Assembly: GCA_024102725.1 (NCBI GenBank)
Contig: JAGFJL010000047.1
Span: forward strand, 1 to 40,000
Length of the DNA: 40,000 bases
Direction of reading: 5' to 3'
Origin: Nitrococcus mobilis
GTDB taxonomy: Bacteria; Pseudomonadota; Gammaproteobacteria; Nitrococcales; Nitrococcaceae
Within the stretch, counting starts at the first letter, position 1, and every line of letters starts with the position of its first letter. The translations under genes were made by a program, and so were the position numbers. Positions 1 through 10,000 of the stretch are shown one piece after another. A model generated the notes under the pieces. It made no database searches. It was given only the letters and a program-made list of their open reading frames with translations, and was not told the DNA's origin.

Positions 1-1899
1 GGAGAAATGGGTAAAGCGCACCAGGAAGAATTGTTGCTGGCATTCAACCGTGGCGAGATACCCTTGTTATTCATTTCGCCGGAACTAGCCCTCGGGAAGG
101 CAAGGACGTTCCTGCTGGATGCGGCGAGACCCCCAGAGGAGAAGCCGAGTGCCGCACGCGGCCGGTTGATGGCTGTGTTTATCGACGAAGCACATATCGT
201 CGATAGTTGGGGACGCAGTTTCCGGCCCGATTTCCAACGCATCCCGGCGCTAGTGGCGAAGTTGCGAGAGAGTAACTCGCAGCTTAGGGTGCTGGTGCTC
301 TCCGCCACACTGGGAGATCAGGCCCACAAGGAACTACGACGCGGCTATGCGCAAGGTGCATTATTTCTGGCCATAGATGCCCAGGCTGCACGTTACGAAC
401 TCGACATGGTCTCTTTGGTCGAGTCCTCCGCGGCCGCTCGGGACAACACTGTCCTTAGGTTGATGGACCGGATACCGCGCCCTTGCGTCCTATACACCAC
501 CAAGGTGGATCACGCTCGCATCTTGTTCGATCGGCTTCGGCAGGAGCAAGGTTATCGGCGTCTGGCACTTTTCACCGGCGAGATCGAAGACGCGGCGGAA
601 CGTCGGCGCATTGTCCATGCTTGGAGCGAGGACCATATCGATGTAGTGGTCGCTACCTCGGCGTTTGGTCTCGGCATCGACAAGCAGGACGTGCGTGCCG
701 TCGTCCATGCCTGTGTTCCCGAGAGCGCCGCACGTTACTACCAGGAAATCGGTCGTGCCGCCCGCGATGGCCACCAGGCACTCGCACTTTGTGTTTGGCA
801 CAAGGAACCAGGTGCGCAATGGAGTGCAAAGGATGATCGCACCCTAGCATACGGTCAGGCAACCCGCCAATGGCTTACGGTCAATAAGGCGGTTGCTCGA
901 TGGAAAGCAATTCTGCGGGAAACGAATCGGCCAGGTGGGTACGAAACCCAAGACGGGAAGCAGTTTATGAATGTCCCTCTGGATGCCTTGCGTACTGGCC
1001 TTGGGAGCGAGTCATCCGAATACAACAGAAACTGGAACCAGACTCTGCTGAACTTGTTGCAGCGTGCCGGAGTTATCGCCATTCACACAGTCGAGGAAGA
1101 TGACTATGAAGGACCGGTATGGCGAATCGAAGTAAAGGATTCAAGGATAATGGACGTATCGCCCGAGGGCCAGGGTGTTCTCGAAGACATCTTCTCACTG
1201 CGTGATGAGGAAAAGCAGGCGGCACGAGAGGACGTTGATCGCCTAGTGGCAGTGCTTTCCGGCGATACCGACGGTTGTCAGTTGGCTACTTTGTTTGAGG
1301 CAGTGGAGGCAGGACATCCCACTGTAGATGAGTGCGGCCGTTGCGACTGGTGCCGGAGTTACGACATACCGCCGCCGACACATGTCACGTTCAAGGGTTT
1401 GGCCGACACCTGGCCAGAGCCCATATCCCTGCGAGAAACGCGTCTGCCGGCGGGAATTACCGTCCTCCACCCAAGAGGGCCCATCGATAGCAGCGGATTT
1501 GGAAGGCTACTAGCCAATCTGGCTGCTGCCGGTGTAGAGCAGTTCGTTGTGCCTGCAGGGTTCGGTGGAGATGCGGCCAAACGGTTGCGCGCCTTGCCCG
1601 TGGTCGCCGGGTGCGTGCTTGAAGACCGTCAGTTGCTCGACCGCTCGGGCTGGGCCATGGCGGGCATGCCGACGGCGATTCTACTCTCCGAGGAGACGCG
1701 TCAAGTTGATTCATTGTATCGCCGGTGCGAAGACTGGTTTGCTGCTCATTCGGATCAGCCACTGTTGTTGGTCGCCCCGCGTGGGCTCCACTTGCGCGGT
1801 AGACCACTAGAGCAGATAGCCTCGCGCACGGCAGCTTACAGTGAAGAGATATTGAGTAGCTGGGCGTTGCCAGAAGCGGTCAGGCATATCTCTCAGTAG
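1..1899 (+). CDS. RecQ-family SF2 DNA helicase, N-terminus outside the window (possible DpdF-type helicase, unverified)
   Basis: The frame is open from nt 1 (GE precedes the first M at nt 7). Motifs: FIDEAHIVDSWGRSFRPDF (DEAH box with the RecQ-type WGxxFRPxF tail), LSATL (motif III), ATSAFGLGIDKQDVRAVVH (motif V), YYQEIGRAARDG (motif VI) and CGRCDWC (RecQ-Ct style zinc motif). Walker A and roughly 90-100 N-terminal residues must lie upstream. The C-terminal ~170 aa carry no motif I recognise. Confidence 0.85.
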   Translation, partial: GEMGKAHQEELLLAFNRGEIPLLFISPELALGKARTFLLDAARPPEEKPSAARGRLMAVFIDEAHIVDSWGRSFRPDFQRIPALVAKLRESNSQLRVLVLSATLGDQAHKELRRGYAQGALFLAIDAQAARYELDMVSLVESSAAARDNTVLRLMDRIPRPCVLYTTKVDHARILFDRLRQEQGYRRLALFTGEIEDAAERRRIVHAWSEDHIDVVVATSAFGLGIDKQDVRAVVHACVPESAARYYQEIGRAARDGHQALALCVWHKEPGAQWSAKDDRTLAYGQATRQWLTVNKAVARWKAILRETNRPGGYETQDGKQFMNVPLDALRTGLGSESSEYNRNWNQTLLNLLQRAGVIAIHTVEEDDYEGPVWRIEVKDSRIMDVSPEGQGVLEDIFSLRDEEKQAAREDVDRLVAVLSGDTDGCQLATLFEAVEAGHPTVDECGRCDWCRSYDIPPPTHVTFKGLADTWPEPISLRETRLPAGITVLHPRGPIDSSGFGRLLANLAAAGVEQFVVPAGFGGDAAKRLRALPVVAGCVLEDRQLLDRSGWAMAGMPTAILLSEETRQVDSLYRRCEDWFAAHSDQPLLLVAPRGLHLRGRPLEQIASRTAAYSEEILSSWALPEAVRHISQ

Positions 1900-2002
1900 A
1901 GAGCAAATTCCAGCCACGAAAGAAGCGCTCGATCGCTGGAATGCTTTGAACGCACTGACGATAAAAGAGACGTAGGAAAAAGGCCGTGGAGATCCATCTG
2001 TA

Positions 2003-2896
2003 ATGAGCTTAATGACCGATATCCAGGGGACGCCAGCGCGGGTTTGGTCCCTGGTCAGTCTACTCCGGGCCCACGGCGGCGAGTTGAGCCGCGAGGGCGT
2101 AAAGGGCTGGCTCGATCCCTTCGACACGGACACCAAGGGCACAGCCATCTCGAACACCATCCGCGCGGCAGCTAGTCTGGAATTGATTCAATCCGACTCC
2201 ACTTCATACTCACTGCAATTGAGGTCGGACAAAATGCCCGAAACCCTGATGGGTTTCGCGGACCGTGTCCACACGAAACTCGTGGAGACCCCAGCAGACC
2301 AGGGCAACAGCGTGATCCTGGAAGTTTATGCTTGGTTCGTTGCGAACTGCGCCCGGGAGAAGGGGACGACCTGGGTCGAGCGGGAGAGTGCAGATAGCTT
2401 GACCGAGAAGATTCGTGTCGCGATCACTCCAGAGGGTCAACCGGGACGCTTCAATTCGACCCGGTACACACGTTGGCGCGATTGGATCGCCTTCACTGGG
2501 CTCGGCGTGGATCTACCCATCCCCCGCGGCCAGTCATTCTACCCTTCCGCTACCGTTAGGCTGGACCGTGAACTGGAAGCCTTGCGCCACCGTTTCGGCA
2601 TCGGGGAACAGGTTCCGGCAGACATGTTCCTGGACGCCTTGGTTCAGCGGATGCCATACCTGGATGGCGGACATCTGTTTCTGGAGGCCGCCGGGCGCAT
2701 TGGTTGGTCTCCGCCCGCGCGGCAGCTCTCCATTGTTTTCAGTTCCGCGCTTAGGGAGTTGGACGATGAAGGCGTCTTGGAACTCAAGATGCTCGGCGAC
2801 GCGCCCAACGCCTTTGCGCTCCACCATGACCCGACACACAGGAAACAAGCCTTCGTATCAGTTGTGCTGAATCCGGGCGAGGCGAAAAATGGCTGA
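2003..2896 (+). CDS. hypothetical protein, second gene of the helicase operon (size and position compatible with DpdG, unverified)
   Basis: 297-aa ORF. Its stop overlaps the next start by 8 nt (ATGGCTGA). No catalytic motif recognised. It is the dominant ORF in this stretch; the antisense ORFs are shorter and Arg/Pro-rich. Confidence 0.6.
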   Translation: MSLMTDIQGTPARVWSLVSLLRAHGGELSREGVKGWLDPFDTDTKGTAISNTIRAAASLELIQSDSTSYSLQLRSDKMPETLMGFADRVHTKLVETPADQGNSVILEVYAWFVANCAREKGTTWVERESADSLTEKIRVAITPEGQPGRFNSTRYTRWRDWIAFTGLGVDLPIPRGQSFYPSATVRLDRELEALRHRFGIGEQVPADMFLDALVQRMPYLDGGHLFLEAAGRIGWSPPARQLSIVFSSALRELDDEGVLELKMLGDAPNAFALHHDPTHRKQAFVSVVLNPGEAKNG

Positions 2897-5800
2897 ACTC
2901 CCAACTAAAGCCTGCTGGGAGGCGGAAGATGCACGAATCATTCTGGCGAACGAAGCGCTGGAGCGAAATGATCCTGTATTTCTGGCTACCCACTCTCCGG
3001 TCGAAGGCTACCAAGTCGGCGGGAGTCACTCCAGTGACATTACCGAGCACACCGAGCAAGGTTTGCTCGATGCCCTCTCGGCGTCCTCCAACCACCATGC
3101 ATTCTGCGTAGTGGAAGGAGAGCCCGGATCGGGCAAGTCCCACCTCATCCGCTGGCTTGCGGTTCGCTGGCCCAAGGATGAGTCCCTGCAACCACTCCTC
3201 ATCCAACGCCTGGACGGTAGCCTTCAGGGGACGCTCCAGCAACTGCAAAGGGCCTTGCCGGAGGAACACCAGCACCTGTTCGAGCAGATCGGTCGTCCAC
3301 AAGACCGGACCCTGGCTGGGCGCGCGGGCCTGTTTCTCAAGACGCTGGCCCAGTCCTTGCGCCCAAACTTTTTCGTGAATCCACCTGAAGACGCCGAATG
3401 GTGTGAGCGATTCGGGCTTGCCGAAATACTGGACGACACAGCCCTCGTCGATCAATGGAAAGCGCCAGAGCGCATCATCGAACTCCTGTCCGGCAAGAAG
3501 GGTAAGCGCGACCAGGAACTGGCACGCTTCAATCTCCAGGACATGGCGGAACTCGAGCAGTTGATTCGACCGCTGGGGGCACCGACACCAAGGGCCGTAC
3601 GATTCAAGAACGAACTGAAAAAAGAGGCTCAGGCGATCCGGCAGTTGGCGCAGCAGGAGTTGGTCAATCCCGCCGCCCAAGAAGACTTGCGGCGCCGCTT
3701 CGACTACAGCTACAAACTGGTGGATGCCCTAAACGAGCGCCACAATAGTGCGGTGCAGAACGTCCTGGGCATCTCCACCGACGGCTTGAAGGAGTTGTTC
3801 CTGCGTCTACGGCGTGAGTTGCGTGACCGACGCCTAGTGCTGTTGCTGGAGGACATCACCGCCTGGGAGGGTGTGGACCGGCAGTTGATCGACGTGCTGG
3901 TCACCAACGTGGAGACACGCCAGGACCAGGACTTGTGTCCCATGATCTCGGTGGTAGGCGTAACGCCGGCCTATTTTCAGAACCGCAGTTTCAAGGCCAA
4001 CTACACCCAGCGCATCACCCACCACATCAGGCTGGGCGATCCCAGCGACACGCAGAATTACCAAGACGTGTCCGCCCTCCGCGCACCAGAATCGCAGATC
4101 GCGTTCGCAGCAAAGTATTTGCGGGCTACCCGGGCCGGCGTGCAACAACTGACCGAATGGGACGGTGGTCCTGACCCTGTGCCGAATCGATGTAACACTT
4201 GCCGCCACAAGGATCCGTGTCATCGCGAATTTGGCAATCACGAAGGGGTGGGGCTTTTTCCCTTTACCGAACAGGCCATCATCCGGCTGTACGGACTCTT
4301 GCGGGATCCCCAGCATATGGCCACCTACCAGACACCGCGCGGGATGTTACAGGGTGTGCTCTCTCCGACGATGCAGCACCCGCTGGACCTGGAGGCCGGT
4401 GAGTATCCCGGCCCTGAGATCGAGACTGACCTGATTCCCGAGGACGAGCGCAAATTGTTCGATCACGGACAGTTGGCGGATGTGCTCGAAGTCCGCATCG
4501 ACGATAGTAGAATCCGGGAGCGCGTGCGGCGCCTGGTGGCGTATTGGGGCGTGAAGGGTACTACGGCCACGAGCACCTTGGCGGACGGCGAAGGGGCGTT
4601 GGTCTACGGAGGCGTTCGGCAGGGAATTTACCAAGCACTCGATCTGCCATGGCTTGGTGATGAAACACCGGGCGGAGTTGTTGCCCCAACACAGCCAGAC
4701 CCCAATCAGCCAGTGGTGAATTCTCCGACTTCCCCCAATACTGGCGATGGGGGATCCGGCGGAAGTGCAAGGCCCGGACGACAGGATCAAGGGGAAACGG
4801 CAAGGCGGCGAATGCCTGACGGACCCCGCCGCATGACCGCCACACAGTTGGTGCGTGTGAAACAGGATATTGGCCGTTGGGTCGAAAGCAAATCGCCCGA
4901 ACGCCCTACTGAACTGAATCGACTCGCCTACGAAATCTTGGATAGATTGAACTGGACCCATCTGGAAGTGACACCGTGGATTCGGTCACGCGTGTTCACG
5001 GAGGATACGGTCATTCTTAGGGATACGAAGCCGGCAAGAGGTCCATACCTGATCCTTGACCGGGAGCCTTGGGTCGCGAAGGGTATCGGGGCGTATCAGG
5101 CGTTGCGCGCCGGTACCGACGACATGCCTGACCAGGAGATCGAAAGCTATCGGCGCAACTACGCCACCATACAACGCAAGCTGGGGTCGTTGGTATGTGA
5201 CAAGGTGAGGGAACGGCTTCCCAGTCTGAAAGGAGGGATAACTTGGGAAATTCTCGGCACCGCTGCTCAGATCCTGCTTGCCAGAGCGTGGTTGCGGGGC
5301 AATGTACCCCCCTTAGCCGACAGTTGGGAACAATGGCGGGCTGTGATTCGTGATGAAGGCGAAGCCGTCAGCAATCCGCAGGATCGCGTGGACAGTTGGA
5401 GCGCCTTGGTAGATGCCACGGGAGGAAGTCATGGAGTTCTGCGTAAACTTCTACGTCGATCTCTGAATCTTCCGGAGTACCAGCCTGACCCAGAGCAGGA
5501 TAAGGACACGTCGTTGGCCCACGTGGATTACCAACTCGTTGCTGCATTGGCCAACTCGCCGCAGACCTTCCAAACGCTGCCTCAACCCTCATCGCTTCAG
5601 GGGTTGGGTGAAAAGCTCTCAGAACTAAAGCGGTTGGCGGAAATCGCCGGAGAGGTAAACAAGCAACTCAAGAATATCCCGCGCTACGAGACTGAGAGAT
5701 TGGCTGGTCGCGCAAAGTTCGTGGAGCGTGTGTCGAGAGGTTCTTCCATTCGCCAGCACATTCTGCGGGTAGACAAAGTGGTGGAAGAGATCGCCAGACA

Positions 5801-6197
5801 TTTTCCCAACAACGTTGCAGAACCGGTTCAGGCGTGGCGCAAGGTCAGGCAGGACCTTGAGAACCAAGGTTTTCTCGCGGATGGTGTCGATTGCGCCGGT
5901 GCCACTGTCGAACAATTCATGGACCGAGTGTCAGATGGTGATGTTCCAAAACCAGAGGATCGTGCGCAAGCGCTTTCGTGGACCTTGGAGGCACCTGCGA
6001 ATGCCCTAAGAGTCGCCAATAAGGGATTTGAGGTTGCCGAAGATACCGTCGGTCGTTTGCTTGCGTACGTTGAGGAGTACCTAGAAGGAGCCTCAGGTGG
6101 AGGTGGAACGATAGAACAGGTCCGCGAAACGGGGGTGCGTATCCAGCAGGCGGCAGATAAGGCCATTAACGGTCTGGAGGAAGCATCCAATGGCTGA
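2889..6197 (+). CDS. large P-loop NTPase (1102 aa) with widely spaced Walker A/B and a long helical C-terminus
   Basis: Walker A GEPGSGKS at aa 77-84. Walker-B-like RLVLLLEDIT at aa 315-324, about 230 aa later, with a helical insertion between. Cys/His knuckle CNTCRHKDPCH. Pro/Gly/Ser-rich linker PTQPDPNQPVVNSPTSPNTGDGGSGGS. Long helical tail. Both termini are translationally coupled to the neighbouring genes. Confidence 0.8.
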   Translation: MAELPTKACWEAEDARIILANEALERNDPVFLATHSPVEGYQVGGSHSSDITEHTEQGLLDALSASSNHHAFCVVEGEPGSGKSHLIRWLAVRWPKDESLQPLLIQRLDGSLQGTLQQLQRALPEEHQHLFEQIGRPQDRTLAGRAGLFLKTLAQSLRPNFFVNPPEDAEWCERFGLAEILDDTALVDQWKAPERIIELLSGKKGKRDQELARFNLQDMAELEQLIRPLGAPTPRAVRFKNELKKEAQAIRQLAQQELVNPAAQEDLRRRFDYSYKLVDALNERHNSAVQNVLGISTDGLKELFLRLRRELRDRRLVLLLEDITAWEGVDRQLIDVLVTNVETRQDQDLCPMISVVGVTPAYFQNRSFKANYTQRITHHIRLGDPSDTQNYQDVSALRAPESQIAFAAKYLRATRAGVQQLTEWDGGPDPVPNRCNTCRHKDPCHREFGNHEGVGLFPFTEQAIIRLYGLLRDPQHMATYQTPRGMLQGVLSPTMQHPLDLEAGEYPGPEIETDLIPEDERKLFDHGQLADVLEVRIDDSRIRERVRRLVAYWGVKGTTATSTLADGEGALVYGGVRQGIYQALDLPWLGDETPGGVVAPTQPDPNQPVVNSPTSPNTGDGGSGGSARPGRQDQGETARRRMPDGPRRMTATQLVRVKQDIGRWVESKSPERPTELNRLAYEILDRLNWTHLEVTPWIRSRVFTEDTVILRDTKPARGPYLILDREPWVAKGIGAYQALRAGTDDMPDQEIESYRRNYATIQRKLGSLVCDKVRERLPSLKGGITWEILGTAAQILLARAWLRGNVPPLADSWEQWRAVIRDEGEAVSNPQDRVDSWSALVDATGGSHGVLRKLLRRSLNLPEYQPDPEQDKDTSLAHVDYQLVAALANSPQTFQTLPQPSSLQGLGEKLSELKRLAEIAGEVNKQLKNIPRYETERLAGRAKFVERVSRGSSIRQHILRVDKVVEEIARHFPNNVAEPVQAWRKVRQDLENQGFLADGVDCAGATVEQFMDRVSDGDVPKPEDRAQALSWTLEAPANALRVANKGFEVAEDTVGRLLAYVEEYLEGASGGGGTIEQVRETGVRIQQAADKAINGLEEASNG

Positions 6198-6900
6198 AGC
6201 ACCCGATCCAGATTCGCTGGAGCGCCTGGAATTGTTGTCCGGGCAAATACAGCGTGCCAAGGACCAGCACCGATTCGGCGACGCGCTAGATGCGGCGGTG
6301 CGCGCCGTCGATGATGCCGAGAGTGTAATCTCGCAATTTGAAAAACTCGCCGGATTTTCGGGGTTGGTTAACGGCTTTCTCGATCCATCGGACCGGCAGC
6401 ATTGCCTTGTCCTTCTGACGCGAGTGCGAACCCTGGGGCAGCAGCTTCCCCAGGTGTCCGACACTGCGACGTTGCAGGATGGGACAACCAAGGTTTCGCA
6501 ATTGCCGAGTCAGGTCGAGCAGGCCGATGCGATCATAAACCGCGGCTGGAAGGCAAAGATCGACCAGGCATTCGCTGCAACCGGTGAACTCGGCGGTGTC
6601 TTGCGGGAGATTCCCGAAACCCGGCAACTGGGCTCGGAAATGGAGGCGATCGCACTCCAGGCAGGGCAGCTCAAGACAGATTTGGAGGACGCTGAAAGAA
6701 GCATAGCCCGATTTAAGGCCCTGGTCGCCGAACGGGAAGGCACCACGGACAGCTTGACAAATTTGGGGGCGGGGAAAGAGGTGGTGGACTTCCTGTTCGC
6801 CGTGGCGAACCAGTCGGCCACGCTTGAAACCGTAACCGCAGAGGTCCGGAGTTGGCTTGATGAGCGGAATGCGCTTGCACGCTTCAAGGTGGGGTTATAG
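6190..6900 (+). CDS. hypothetical helical/coiled-coil protein, last gene of the + strand operon
   Basis: 236-aa ORF. Its start overlaps the upstream stop by 8 nt, with the same ATGGCTGA junction as at 2889. Ala/Leu/Glu/Gln-rich helical composition. No enzymatic motif. Confidence 0.6.
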   Translation: MAEAPDPDSLERLELLSGQIQRAKDQHRFGDALDAAVRAVDDAESVISQFEKLAGFSGLVNGFLDPSDRQHCLVLLTRVRTLGQQLPQVSDTATLQDGTTKVSQLPSQVEQADAIINRGWKAKIDQAFAATGELGGVLREIPETRQLGSEMEAIALQAGQLKTDLEDAERSIARFKALVAEREGTTDSLTNLGAGKEVVDFLFAVANQSATLETVTAEVRSWLDERNALARFKVGL

Positions 6901-7008
6901 CCGACCTGGCCGTCTGCTTTTCGAAGTATACCTGGATATTTCCGTCAATCCTATTCGGTGTCTATAGGACATGGCGCACTCGCTGATATTATTGGCCTTG
7001 GAGACAAG

Positions 7009-10000
7009 TCAGGCTGTCAGTCGCTCCAATAATCGCAGACTGACGACTGCCTCTGCCAACGCTGCCGGCATCAGGTCACTACCAGTGTGAAGACACCCTT
7101 GACACCCGTCCACACACAGTCGTGCGCTCAACCGATAAACCTGATCCGCCAACCGGGCTTCGGCTCCAAGCGACTCTTCCTGGCTTGCCTCATCCAACCC
7201 TTGATAGGCGCTAATAAGCTCAGAAAGCCTGGGAGTTGCAGGGGCGCTGTCTGCCGCAGCGCGGACGACAGCGCTCACCAGTTCCCACTGGGATGCTTCC
7301 CTGGCCATGGTATCTCGGAGGCGGGCATCGATTGCGGTTATTTCTCCGTGCAGGCTGTAAAGGTCGAAACGTTGCGTCCCGACAGATTCAGTTCCGTAAA
7401 GGAGGCGTAGCACGCTTTGCATCGAACCTTCCTCGACAGCAGATCCGAGCCCCAGTTCCGCCGCTAGTCCGGCCATTTGCTCGGGATTGCGTGGGTCGAG
7501 ACTGCGCCACTCCTCATGCCGGTGGATTTTCTGGAACGCCTGTTCGATGATGGCGTCTTCCCTTGCGTTCGGGCAGTCGGCGAGTCCACCGCTGGACCAG
7601 TCTGCAAGAACTGCTTCGAGATTGTCCACGAACATCCTGGTGGTACCGTCACCATGTGCCCCGTTCTCAGCCACGGTGATGACATCCTCGGCGTCGGCTC
7701 CGAACTGTATCGGCAATTTCGCGTGGATTAGTACCTGGCGATCGTCGCCACGACCGTGCAGGACGAATGCTTGCTTGAGCCGGATGCTGAAGCTGTGTAC
7801 GAGGACGCTGCGCAGGTAGGCCGCGAACTGGTCTTCGGAGCTTACAGCCTCTAGGGCTTGCGCAAAGACATGTTGAAACTTGCGGTTACCCAGGCTGTCG
7901 GCAAGGCGGTCCACCCGTCGCTCGGAAAGCAAGGGATGGTAGGCCAGCATATCGGTGAAGGTCTGTTGCAGTAGGTTGCGCAGCGTCTGGCTGTCCCAGC
8001 GGCGGACCAAGCCGCGTAGTCTGTCGCGCAGTTCAGGGTGGCCGGCGGCGCTGAATAGCAGGTCGGCGGCGCGGTTTGCTTCGTAGGCGTTGATGCCTGC
8101 CGCACGGGCCTGACTGCCGATTAGGTAGCGGAACATCTGACCCCGGTGCCATCGGCCGTCCGGGTGTTCCCGTTGGCGCTCGACTTCCGTCTGGATGAAG
8201 TCGGTCAGGTAGGCACTGTTTAAGCGCAGACGTACACCTTCGGTCTGCACCCGATAGCCGTGCAACAACGTCTTGCTGGAGCGGGGATGGATGAAGGTCT
8301 GGGTGATGGGAATATCCGGCTGGTCCGGATCCATTAGGCGCAGTTCAACGTCAGCGCCCCAGGTGAGGGACGTCAATGCCAGCCCGGTTTGGTTACCCTC
8401 CATGCGGCCGCCGATGTATGCCTCGAAGCGCTCGCCGAAACGTTCGATCCCACGGATTGAGATGGCGTGGCCGCTGTCAGGTTGGGCTTCCACGTACGTG
8501 AAAGCGCGTAGGTTCCCTCGGCTCTTGGGATGGACCTTGAGGCCATTGTCGGGCTCGCTGGTGTCAATGCGCTGGACAGCCCTCTTCTCGGCGTCGTAGT
8601 ACCAATGGGCTGTCCAGCCGGCGCCCAGCATTCTGCCTGCCGTTTCCAGGACCACGCCGTTGGGGTGGCAAACGTTGGGATGGATGTCGGGGCCAACCTC
8701 TTCACGTGCCTCTACAGGGAGTTCCCGGAGCAGGGCATCCGGTCCCTTCTTCAACGGGGGTATCTCGAATCCATTGGAGACTTTGTACACCTCGTCGCTA
8801 AGCCAGGGCATCCGGCCTGCTCTTGGCGGCAGCCAGTGCAACAGGCTGAAGCCATAACGGCGTGTCATGTTGCCGGGGGTGGCGGCCTCGAAGGCCAGGT
8901 TTATTGCTTCGTCCTGCGAGCGGGCTTCGCCCCGTTCGCTCTCAAAGTGCACCGCCAGGGCTGGCAGGTTAGCGGTGGCGAACAGAGTCTTAGCTATCCA
9001 GGGAAGGGATTCGCGCAAGTCTCTTAGGGACATGTGCGAACTAAATGATATTGAAACTTCGTCTGTCGCTTGACGCCACAGGTTGTCCAGGCTCTCTGCC
9101 TCCAGTTGCCGATAGATCTCGGCACCAAAAATCGTGTGGACAAGGTGTTCGGCGAACTGCTGGGTTTGTTTGTTCAACCTGCTTCGCCCGTCCACGATCG
9201 TCAAACCGGTCCTGCCGTGCACGGTCGTGTGGCGGGCGAGGGCATCCAGCAAGGTTGCCAGCACCTGTCCCCGGCGCACGAAGTAGTTGGCCGCGTTGAG
9301 GGGGACGTCGAAATGGGCGCTGTCCAGCATCCGTTGGGGGCGGCGGAAGTACCAGGAATCCCGTGGGGAGTAGGGGGAGAGGGTGACGCCGGTGACGGGT
9401 CGGTCGTCCACGCCACGGCCGCCTCTGCCCTTGCGCTGGATAAAACTTGCCAGGTTGTTGGGGGCATAGTGCTGGTAGACCAGAGCCATATCCGGATCGT
9501 CGTAGCCAACTTCCAGCGAGGAGGTGGTGAAGACGATATCCGAGCTGCGGATCATTTCCTCGACCTTGCCTTTTTCTCCTGCAAAAACTGGGCGTTGGGA
9601 GACGATCAGGGCGTTGCCGGGACGGTAACGGCCGCGCGCCGTTACCTGGGCGTTGTCGGTGGCCGCAAAATACCAGCACTCCCCTTCGCGGAAACGGTCG
9701 CAGGTGGCGGGCTGGCCGCAGCACTCCCGGCGAGGCTGGCTGTTGCCGAGGTCGTCATCGAACAGACGGGTGCGTAGTGCGGCTAGATGGCGAGCTTCCT
9801 CGGCGTCCTGATAGTCACCGTGCAGGCGCTTGAGTTTATCGATGGAGTCAAGGAACACAATGGCACGGTAGCCGCCGTCACGTCCGGTGCGCCGACGCAT
9901 GCCGTGGGCCAGGCACATCAGACTCTGGATACTGGTTGAGGCGCCGGCGATGTCCTGTCCCCGGGACTCGACCTCCGGCTGGACGAAATAGAAGTATTCG

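Noticed and set aside
2784-3680. 298-aa minus-strand ORF overlapping the start of the P-loop NTPase gene
   Set aside because: It is antisense to the region encoding the Walker A motif and has no recognisable features of its own.
6948-6970. Possible bidirectional terminator between the convergent operons (TCCTAT...ATAGGA)
   Set aside because: The stem is only 6 bp, AT-rich, with a 9-nt loop and no flanking T/A tracts. It is too weak to call.
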